Source: Candidatus Melainabacteria bacterium RIFCSPLOWO2_02_FULL_35_15 | GTDB taxonomy: Bacteria; Cyanobacteriota; Vampirovibrionia; 2-02-FULL-35-15 | DNA length: 64,000 nt | Assembly (NCBI GenBank): GCA_001784585.1 | Contig: MFRN01000041.1 | Coordinates: forward strand, 5,318 to 69,317 | Reading direction: 5' to 3' | Shown here: piece by piece, positions 50,695 through 58,237 of the stretch | How positions within the stretch are numbered: the stretch's first letter is position 1 | How the letters are laid out: the number at the start of each line of letters is the position of its first letter | The notes under the pieces: generated by a model | Seen by the model: the letters and a program-made list of their open reading frames with translations, nothing else | What the model was told of the DNA's origin: nothing | Database searches by the model: none | Position numbers and translations under genes: made by a program

Positions 50695-52311
50695 TAGTTT
50701 GATACAAACATTTTCTAAAGTGCGTTTCTGTTCATCCGAAAGCATGTTTGGATCAGTTTTATCCAGTTCACACCTAAGATATTCTTCTTCGATAGCTGGA
50801 TAGTCTTCAATGATTGGAATGAACCAATCGTTTGGTTCTATGTGCAGAATACTATCTTTTAATGAAAAGTTCACACCTAGAGCAGTAGCTATTGCTCTCT
50901 TCTTCTGTATATCACCATGCATAAAATGGTAATGCGCATAAGTGGCAAAGTTGAATGTTTTTTCAGAAAGTTCTAACCAATCTTGAGCTCTTTCCTCAGT
51001 TTCTCTTAAAAGTTCCTTCAATCTGTTAACCTCACCTACTAACAGAGTCTTTTTTTCAGTATATTCTTCATCAGATATTCGCTCGCTTAATCTTAGGTCT
51101 AATAATCTATCTAACTGAGCTTGTGCTGCTACTAAAGTCTTATGTCTTGTTTCATATATGTTAGTTCTATCTTCTATTTCTTTTTTATTGAGTTCCTTGT
51201 GCTTATTAAGTAAAAGAGTTTTAATCTCAGGTATGATTGTTAGTTTTTCTATTTCTCTTTCAATTTGTTCTTCTAGAACTTCAGCTTTAACTTGTTTTCT
51301 TTGTGAGCAATTATAATCTTTCTTTTTTCTAGTACAGTGGTAATAATGGTAATCTTTTAACGTATTTGTCTTTTTTATAAGCTTGGTCTTGATGATAGCA
51401 GTGATTGAACATCCGCATTCACCACAACGAATAAACCCAGTAAATGGAAACTCCCTTGTCTTTGGTCTTTGCTTTCCTTTTTTACCTAGCATTACTTGAA
51501 CTTTATCATATTCTTCAAGATTAATCATAGCTTCATGTTTTCCTGGCTCTGGTTGCTCTTGTCCTCTCCAAGTAATTATCCCAGCATAAAACGGATTAGT
51601 AAACATCGTATAAATAGCAGACCTGGATAGTTCTTTACCACCTAACTTTCTTGTTTTCTTTGTTTTAAATCCCCAGTTTTTATTTACAATATCTAATATC
51701 TTATTTGCTGAATAATTACCAGTAAGCATTAAATCCCACATTTTTCTTACCAGTTCATACCTTTCAGGGTCTTTTTCAATATAGCTTTCACCAGTCTCAA
51801 TATTTCTAAAATTTATGTAGCCAATTTGTGGACGATTAGGAAAAATCCCTTTCCTTAACTTAGCGTCATGTCCACGGATAACGTTCTTGCTTAAATCCAT
51901 TACATACTGTGTTGCCATTCCACTTTCTACGCTAAAAAGTAAACCTGCATTTTCCGGGAAATATTCTCTTTCAATAGTTCTAATTACTTTTATTATTCCT
52001 TTTTGAAGCATCCATTGAACCCTACCATTGTCCACAGGGTTTCTAGAAAGCCTATCCAGTTTCCAACAGAGTATTCCATCTGCCCTGCCGGATTCAATTT
52101 CTTTAAGCACTTTATAAAACTCAACTCTCTTGTCCGGGTCTTTAGCTGATTTAGATTCAGTAAACTTACTAACTACCTTATAATCAAGTTCCTTAGCAAG
52201 TTTTTCAAGCCTATAAATTTGGTCATCGATGGACTGAACCTGCCTAGTGTCATCTTCTGTGCTTTTCCTTGCGTATATAATATATTTAACTTTTTGATTG
52301 TTTTTTAACAT
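50632..52311 (-). CDS. Large serine recombinase (integrase)
   Basis: YARKS catalytic Ser, LDRLSR, recombinase domain (NPFYAG, GKHEA), Zn ribbon CGECG..YYHC..C, coiled coil; C-terminus is tRNA antisense. Confidence 0.95.
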   Translation of the reverse strand: MLKNNQKVKYIIYARKSTEDDTRQVQSIDDQIYRLEKLAKELDYKVVSKFTESKSAKDPDKRVEFYKVLKEIESGRADGILCWKLDRLSRNPVDNGRVQWMLQKGIIKVIRTIEREYFPENAGLLFSVESGMATQYVMDLSKNVIRGHDAKLRKGIFPNRPQIGYINFRNIETGESYIEKDPERYELVRKMWDLMLTGNYSANKILDIVNKNWGFKTKKTRKLGGKELSRSAIYTMFTNPFYAGIITWRGQEQPEPGKHEAMINLEEYDKVQVMLGKKGKQRPKTREFPFTGFIRCGECGCSITAIIKTKLIKKTNTLKDYHYYHCTRKKKDYNCSQRKQVKAEVLEEQIEREIEKLTIIPEIKTLLLNKHKELNKKEIEDRTNIYETRHKTLVAAQAQLDRLLDLRLSERISDEEYTEKKTLLVGEVNRLKELLRETEERAQDWLELSEKTFNFATYAHYHFMHGDIQKKRAIATALGVNFSLKDSILHIEPNDWFIPIIEDYPAIEEEYLRCELDKTDPNMLSDEQKRTLENVCIKLSGWRDLNPRPLPPQGSVLPS

Positions 52312-52387
52312 TCCTGTACAAAGCCCTCTCCAAGCGGATTTCAGGTATATATTGTATAATGAGTTTTACACCAGAGTAAAATCTTTT

Positions 52388-52732
52388 TTATTCTCCTTCC
52401 ATTCTTCTTTCATTTGTATATCCAAATGCTTTGTTTTGTGCTATAGAATAAGGATGGTTCCCTTCTACATCAATCAACTCATCAATAATTTGTTCAAAAA
52501 TAGAATAGTCAGGAAGTTGTGCTAATACTTCTTTTTCTCTCTTTATTACTTCTTGAGCTTTTTCAAATAATTCTATATTTATTTCACCAAACCAAAAGTC
52601 TCTATTTCTTCGATTTGCCAAGTATCCTTCCTTAGGTAAGTCCTCTGACTCAATCTTGAAATCACCCATAAGTCCCCAGCCTCTGTCATTCTTAGATAGC
52701 CATACCTTTACTTTTTTCTTATTATTGTCCAT
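52388..52732 (-). CDS. Hypothetical protein (element)
   Basis: 114-aa ORF with a strong AGGAGG RBS. Confidence 0.6.
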   Translation of the reverse strand: MDNNKKKVKVWLSKNDRGWGLMGDFKIESEDLPKEGYLANRRNRDFWFGEINIELFEKAQEVIKREKEVLAQLPDYSIFEQIIDELIDVEGNHPYSIAQNKAFGYTNERRMEGE

Positions 52733-52769
52733 TTTTTCCTCCTTTAAGTTTTTACTACCTTTACATCAG

Positions 52770-53582
52770 TCATTTTGACTTCTTCTTCAATTTCTCCAGA
52801 GTTTCTCTTACTTGTTGCCTAACATTCTCAGGCATAGGTACACCTTCTTTTTGTGCCTCATTTAACATATTTCTTTGCTCCTCTATTTGCTTTTTGTCTT
52901 TTTCTTTTTGTATTTCAGATACATTTTTATAATCCAGATAGTCTTTCCAATTTTCAAACCAATTTCCCCCACTCTTTATAAATCCCTTTTTAACAACATC
53001 ACTTTTATTATAATTTTCTAAAGCAAGGTTAATCTGTCTAAAATCATCTTCATTTTTAACGCTAGATATAAAACATTCCATTGCCTTCTTCCTTCCATCC
53101 TTGTTTAAATACTTACCCCATATTTCCTCAAAAGAACTTTCCACGTCAAAACCAATACATTCATCTTCATTTTTATCTTTATCTATATTTTTATCTTCAT
53201 CTTTATCTTCATCTCGTTCCGTAACAATTACGGAATGTCGTTTTGCTACTTGTGCTTTCTTTGTACTATCGTCAACAAGTTTTAACATTTCAGGTGCTTC
53301 CACTTTCAACATGTTTTCAGTTATTTCCCAACAGAGGTCAAGCTTCTCTCCAACATCTGTTAGAAAATCTCTCAACCTTCTTTTGTTAATTTTTAATGAT
53401 CTGCACCACTCATTAATAGGCATTTCTCGATAACAGACATTAGGCTTATTTCTATCCATAGCCTGAGCTATCATTTCCAAAATTAAGCACCAGCGTGCAT
53501 AACCATTTGAACCATGCTTACTTAATACATATTTCCCTCTGTCAGAAATAGACATATCTGACATGTGTTTAAACCATTTCAT
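52770..53582 (-). CDS. Phage-type replication initiator / replisome organizer
   Basis: MKWFKH..G..GYA.W..ILE.IA N-terminal wHTH pattern, D/E/K repeat linker, C-terminal FEEIW.KY..K.GRKKA..FIK..NWF motif. Confidence 0.72.
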   Translation of the reverse strand: MKWFKHMSDMSISDRGKYVLSKHGSNGYARWCLILEMIAQAMDRNKPNVCYREMPINEWCRSLKINKRRLRDFLTDVGEKLDLCWEITENMLKVEAPEMLKLVDDSTKKAQVAKRHSVIVTERDEDKDEDKNIDKDKNEDECIGFDVESSFEEIWGKYLNKDGRKKAMECFISSVKNEDDFRQINLALENYNKSDVVKKGFIKSGGNWFENWKDYLDYKNVSEIQKEKDKKQIEEQRNMLNEAQKEGVPMPENVRQQVRETLEKLKKKSK

Positions 53583-53790
53583 TGTTTACACCCAAGTCAA
53601 GCATCAACTGCCCACTTTTAATTGGCTCTTTCATTTTCCTTGCTAATCTCCTTCTATTATTTTTTATTCTTCTTGCTCTATTACATTTCTGCCTCAAAGA
53701 ACGATCAGATTTTCCCTTAATCACAAACTCCATAGGATCGTGGTACTCTTTGCATTCATCACAATAGACAAACCCACATTCATTCGTCAT
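53569..53790 (-). CDS. Small Cys-containing basic protein (element)
   Basis: CxxC pair, Arg-rich; AGAGGTG RBS; overlaps the rep start. Confidence 0.55.
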   Translation of the reverse strand: MTNECGFVYCDECKEYHDPMEFVIKGKSDRSLRQKCNRARRIKNNRRRLARKMKEPIKSGQLMLDLGVNNEMV

Positions 53791-53802
53791 ATAATCACCT
53801 CT

Positions 53803-54018
53803 TCATTTGTTTTCATTTTCTAATTCAGGCGGTAAGCCTAACTCCTTTCTTCTTTCTTGTAATTTTTTATAACCTTCTCTTGTCATTGGGGAATATATCT
53901 CCTTCGTTAAAGCTAAAAATTTTGAATATATTGTCGAGGCCATCTCATAAGAAATTTCTTTTTTATAGTGTTTCTTATAGAGATCTCGCAGATTTTGTAT
54001 ATCACCCTCTGAAAGCAT
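53803..54018 (-). CDS. Small hypothetical protein (element)
   Basis: 71-aa ORF with GAGGAG RBS. Confidence 0.65.
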   Translation of the reverse strand: MLSEGDIQNLRDLYKKHYKKEISYEMASTIYSKFLALTKEIYSPMTREGYKKLQERRKELGLPPELENENK

Positions 54019-54108
54019 TTTTGAGACACACTCCTCTAATGGTGTCTGTAAGCACCTTTTCTGTGACCAAAGTTTACTGATATAATTGGTTTGTTAGTTT
54101 AATTAGTT

Positions 54109-54131
54109 GCCCTGCAAAAGCAGGGCTTTTT
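54109..54131 (+). terminator. Intrinsic terminator, + strand
   Basis: GCCCTGC-AAAA-GCAGGGC followed by TTTTT. Confidence 0.65.
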
Positions 54132-54132
54132 A

Positions 54133-54324
54133 TTATTGAACCTCTACTAACTCCTTTTTCTTATTTCGAGACCATTTAAGGTAGGCTTTTTTTAGAAGCA
54201 GTCTTAAGTAAGCTGAGGTTGATAATGAACTATCTATTGCCATTTCTTTAGCTATAGAATATGCTTCGTTACCGAGACACAGACATTTAAGACTTTTGTC
54301 AGATGATCTAGTAATATTACTCAT
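54133..54324 (-). CDS. Ribbon-helix-helix-like small DNA-binding protein
   Basis: AGGAGG RBS before ATG 54324; beta-strand then AY.IAKEMA..SLSTSAYLRLLL RHH-like pattern. Confidence 0.5.
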   Translation of the reverse strand: MSNITRSSDKSLKCLCLGNEAYSIAKEMAIDSSLSTSAYLRLLLKKAYLKWSRNKKKELVEVQ

Positions 54325-54498
54325 CACTTTCCCTCCTGTTTTTAAATACACTCTATATTGAAGCACCATTAAGACAGGAAATAAATTGCAATTAAATGCC
54401 AGAGGGTGAAAAACAAACAAACTTAGAATACAGAGAATCATTCACAACCCTTGTAAACATTAGTTCTTGGATGGGTGAAAATCTCTACAAAGAGGGTC

Positions 54499-55485
54499 TT
54501 AATATTTGTTGCTGAGACGATTAAGTTCATAAGGATGAATATTAGGATGTTTTTTTACAAGTTCTAAAACAGCATTCTTAAAATCTTCTTTCTTAAAATC
54601 TTTATACTTAATCATTAACTTCGCAAACTCTTTGTCATAACGCGATATCTTTGAAACTGGAATTAGGTTTAAAGACTTAGTATCAATATAGGGAATGAAA
54701 TCTTTGTCCTTCAAGTTCTTAAATGCTTGTATTTTCTTAAGCATTACTGATGATGTTTTATTTATTAATTCCTTCATATTTTCTATATAAGAATAAAGTT
54801 TATTAGAATCATAAGGAGAATTTAATGTCATATTTTTAAGGATATTTTGCAATTCTTTAATTCTTCGCATCAAAGGATTAACAAAATCTCTAATGTATAT
54901 TTTTTTACAATCTTTACTATTAATGTTTTTCCTACATAACCCATCTTCCATTACAGTTTTTTTATGCTTTTCAAAGCAATGCTTACATATACTTAATATC
55001 GAACTTTTCACTAGTAATGTTTGGTTTTTATTTTTAAACTCTGAATGAACATAACCTTTAGGGAAAAGATTTGCAGTAAGTTCTAAGTCATCCAACCAAG
55101 AATCTATAATTGGGAATGAATTCTCTACTATTAACTTTCTGTGTCTTTTTTTTAACAACCCTGAATAAATTGAATGCAAAATTGAAGATCTTAAAACTTT
55201 ATTTATAAACAGTAATCTTGGAAGATTATTCAGGTCTTCCTCACTAAGCATTTCCGCTTTATTCATTAAGGATATTTCAAAAGGGAAAATCACTTCATAA
55301 TAATTAATAATATTTTCAATTACAAAAAAATAATTATAATCATTATCAATTAAAGTCTTATCTAATCTAAAGAAATCATTGAATGAAAGATTATTTTCTT
55401 GCGTCTTTATATCGTTATCCATCTTTTCAATTACATTGTACATAAAACGCATATATAGATTATTCGTATTTAAATATTGGGACAT
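54499..55485 (-). CDS. Hypothetical protein (328 aa, element)
   Basis: Long AT-rich ORF with CxxC..C..C; no family recognised. Confidence 0.6.
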   Translation of the reverse strand: MSQYLNTNNLYMRFMYNVIEKMDNDIKTQENNLSFNDFFRLDKTLIDNDYNYFFVIENIINYYEVIFPFEISLMNKAEMLSEEDLNNLPRLLFINKVLRSSILHSIYSGLLKKRHRKLIVENSFPIIDSWLDDLELTANLFPKGYVHSEFKNKNQTLLVKSSILSICKHCFEKHKKTVMEDGLCRKNINSKDCKKIYIRDFVNPLMRRIKELQNILKNMTLNSPYDSNKLYSYIENMKELINKTSSVMLKKIQAFKNLKDKDFIPYIDTKSLNLIPVSKISRYDKEFAKLMIKYKDFKKEDFKNAVLELVKKHPNIHPYELNRLSNKY

Positions 55486-55628
55486 TTCTAAATCTTATAT
55501 ACAAACTTATTATGAAAGTAGTATTATTTCAGTGTATAAATCCATACGCGGACATTCCTATCGATCAAACTATGTCTTCTTATGCCTTGAACACAGTTCG
55601 ATTTTTAGACAATTTTAACCTTGATAAA

Positions 55629-55853
55629 CTACTCAATACTTTTCAATAAATGTGAAGGCTTAACATCTAAAGCCTTTGCTAATCTAATAAGATTTTTTAT
55701 TCCAAAATTTCGTGTGCCGAGTTCTATATCTGAAACATAGGTTCTATCCAGCCCTGCTTCTGCACCAAGTTTTTCTTGAGAGAATCCTTTCTTTTCTCTT
55801 AATGCTCTTATTATTTCCCCTATTAGTTTTAAATCTTTGTCAGGCTTAGACAT
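55629..55853 (-). CDS. XRE-family HTH regulator, RM controller (C)-protein-like
   Basis: IRALREKKGFSQEKL..GLDRTYVSDIELGTRN..NL.RLA.AL. Confidence 0.88.
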   Translation of the reverse strand: MSKPDKDLKLIGEIIRALREKKGFSQEKLGAEAGLDRTYVSDIELGTRNFGIKNLIRLAKALDVKPSHLLKSIE

Positions 55854-55871
55854 ATAGCCATATTTTCACTG

Positions 55872-55904
55872 TGAGGACTTTGCGTCTACGGACAATAGTC
55901 CTCA
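55872..55904 (-). promoter_or_regulatory. C-box-like operator upstream of the XRE gene
   Basis: Minus strand GACTATTGTC-CGTA-GACGCAAAGTC inside a TGAGGACT/AGTCCTCA inverted repeat, 22 nt before the ATG; resembles the C.PvuII-type GACTnnnAGTC-N4-GACTnnnAGTC box. Confidence 0.7.
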
Positions 55905-56047
55905 GCATTGGCTCAATACGCACATTTTTGCTTAAATACAAAAGCATAGTAATTGCCCTAATGAGGACATTGTTCTTGAGTGGAATATTAATAAAAACAA
56001 AGCAGAGATACTTACTTAAATAAGGTCACAATTTTGGCAATTATTAT

Positions 56048-56794
56048 ATGAATGCACTTTCACAAGCTACTATTGAAAAGTTGCAGTACTACGTTTATTT
56101 ATTATGTGATCCAAGAACCAATAACAGTCCTTTTTATATTGGCAAAGGGCATGGCAATAGAATTAATGAACATTTGCTGGGAGCGCTTGAAAGCGATGGC
56201 AATAACGAAGAAGCAAAAATTACAACAATCAAGGAAATACAAGCTGCAGGACTCAGCGTTAGGCTTATTATTCTACGTCATGGGTTAACAGAAAAAGAAG
56301 CATTTGAGATTGAGAGTGCAATGATCGATTTCATTGGCAAAGAAAATCTTACGAACATAGTTCTGGGGCATTACTCAACGGAAAGAGGCATTATGACCTT
56401 GCAGGAAATCAAAGTTAAATACGAAGCAGAAGATGCAATTTTTGATGAACCGGTAATTCTCATTAATATTAATGAATTATATAATCAAAAAATGCAAATG
56501 AATCCTGTTGAAATATATGAAGCAACTAGAAAGTATTGGAAAATAAATCTAGACCGTACCAATAAAATCCGAATAGCGTGTTCTGTTTACAAGGGTATTA
56601 TACGAGAAGTGTTTATTATAGATCGTTGGTATTTGTCAACAGTGCAAATAGGCAGGAAAGAGTTTGAGGGTAGAGTTGCAGAGAAAGAGATACGAGATAA
56701 ATACATTTACAAATCTGTTGAAAAATATTGGAAGCAAGGAAGTCAAAATCCTATAAAATATGTTGGGCTCAAAGGTGGTTTACTAAAAGCTTAA
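56048..56794 (+). CDS. LEM-3-like GIY-YIG nuclease domain protein
   Basis: YYVYLL.DPR..PFYIGKG.G.RI..H, LRHGLTEKEAFEIESAMID..LTN.V.GH and C-terminal YEATR.YW..QNPIKY. Confidence 0.85.
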   Translation: MNALSQATIEKLQYYVYLLCDPRTNNSPFYIGKGHGNRINEHLLGALESDGNNEEAKITTIKEIQAAGLSVRLIILRHGLTEKEAFEIESAMIDFIGKENLTNIVLGHYSTERGIMTLQEIKVKYEAEDAIFDEPVILININELYNQKMQMNPVEIYEATRKYWKINLDRTNKIRIACSVYKGIIREVFIIDRWYLSTVQIGRKEFEGRVAEKEIRDKYIYKSVEKYWKQGSQNPIKYVGLKGGLLKA

Positions 56795-57255
56795 TCCTTG
56801 ATTTTTCTTAGTTCTTTAATTTGCCTAACAGATGAACCACCAAGTAATGGTTTAACTTCTACCTGCCCTGAATGCTCAGTTTTAGCTCTTTTAACTAATT
56901 CTCCAGTAATTTTACCTTCGACTTTATGGCATTCGATAATTGCTCTTGCCGCTGCAATAACTTCTATATTCTTTGTAGAACCAACCATTAAATCATCAAG
57001 TCGTTTTTCTAAGTTCCTGGTCTTCTCTAAAACAGTCTTTATCTCTTCTTTTGTTTCTTGTTTTATCGTAGAAGCAATTTCAGTGTAAATCCGGTGTACG
57101 TTATTGTCTTTCTCAGGTTTCCAATTTTTACGCAGAGATTTGACCTTTATATTATTCACTGGCACTCTTGATTTATCTCGAGCTCGAATATAAGAGCCAG
57201 TATTTTTGTAAGTCTCTTCTGCAATGATCCACTGTTCTTTTGTATATTTAGCCAT
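56791..57255 (-). CDS. Terminase small subunit-like protein
   Basis: N-terminal HTH-like segment, central helices, C-terminal K.TG..KTEHSGQVEV tail typical of TerS. Confidence 0.55.
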   Translation of the reverse strand: MAKYTKEQWIIAEETYKNTGSYIRARDKSRVPVNNIKVKSLRKNWKPEKDNNVHRIYTEIASTIKQETKEEIKTVLEKTRNLEKRLDDLMVGSTKNIEVIAAARAIIECHKVEGKITGELVKRAKTEHSGQVEVKPLLGGSSVRQIKELRKIKD

Positions 57256-57588
57256 TTGTATTTATATTACAGCGAGTAGATCTTTTCATAGTGTTTTTTA
57301 GTATGCGTTAATTATGCTTACATTACACGTACTTCTAAGCACCTTATACTAAAGGCTAACTTTTTTAGTACGGATATAAGAAATTGATCTTTTTACAGTT
57401 TATATACATCTGAATGATTAAAAACTGCTCACCCAGATGATCCCCGGTGGCCACAGAACGCATTAATACATGGCCGTTTTGATGAAAGCTATGCTTGGCG
57501 TGGTTTCTGTTTGATTCTGATGCTAGAAGCTTATTAATTCAGTCTATACTGTCAATTTTTCAAAAATCATCAAAATATGCCTAAAATT

Positions 57589-57633
57589 GGATGAAATTTC
57601 ATCCTTGACATTTTTTATTGAGTGCAGTATGCT
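57589..57633 (+). promoter_or_regulatory. Sigma70 promoter with adjacent perfect 16-bp palindrome
   Basis: GGATGAAATTTCATCC (57589-57604), then TTGACA (57605-57610), a 17-bp spacer and TATGCT (57628-57633); ATG 6 nt downstream. Confidence 0.75.
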
Positions 57634-57639
57634 ATCTAC

Positions 57640-58236
57640 ATGCAGTCAAAACTACAAAGCATAGCTGACGTCTCTTCCATTTCTTCAGGCTATACATTCA
57701 GGGGACCTGTAGAAGCTGAAATTACGGGCGACATTTTTGTTGTACAAGGAAAGAATCTAATTGCTAATGCAGAGCTTTTTGATACAGCTAACTTTTCTAG
57801 GGTTTCTTCTATAGGAATTCGCAACCCTTATTTTTTGCAGCATAATGATGTACTTCTTACATCAAGAGGATCAGGCTTAGGTACTTTTCGATCTAGTTTA
57901 TTCACATCTGATAAGAAAAACGTTATAGCATCCTCCTCAGTAATTATTATTCGCTCTAAAGATATTACTGTTATTCCAAAATATATTTCTTTATATCTTA
58001 ACTCACCAGAAGGGCAGCAAGACTTACTTCAAATTGTTACAGGAGGATCTTACATACAAAGTCTATTAGTGAAGAACCTATCAGATCTTCTCATTCCAAT
58101 TCCCCCTTTGCACATTCAAAAATCTATTGTCGCTCTTCAGGAAAATGTCTTTGAGCAAGAAAAGTTATTAAAAAGGAGGCAAAAAATTCAGCAAAACTTG
58201 GTTGATGCAAGTTTTATGAATTTGATTAATAAATAA
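57640..58236 (+). CDS. hsdS: Type I RM specificity subunit, half-size (single TRD)
   Basis: LQSIADV..GY..LQHNDVL..RG..PKYI.LYLNS..IPIPPL..QKSIV coiled coil; start placed at ATG 57640. Confidence 0.78.
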   Translation: MQSKLQSIADVSSISSGYTFRGPVEAEITGDIFVVQGKNLIANAELFDTANFSRVSSIGIRNPYFLQHNDVLLTSRGSGLGTFRSSLFTSDKKNVIASSSVIIIRSKDITVIPKYISLYLNSPEGQQDLLQIVTGGSYIQSLLVKNLSDLLIPIPPLHIQKSIVALQENVFEQEKLLKRRQKIQQNLVDASFMNLINK

Positions 58237-58237
58237 T

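Noticed and set aside
54325-54441. N-terminal 39 codons of ORF 54133-54441
   Set aside because: A strong AGGAGG RBS precedes ATG 54324, so the extension is probably non-coding
57622-57639. GTG start at 57622 for the half-hsdS
   Set aside because: It lies inside the -35/-10 spacer of a near-consensus promoter; ATG 57640 is more plausible
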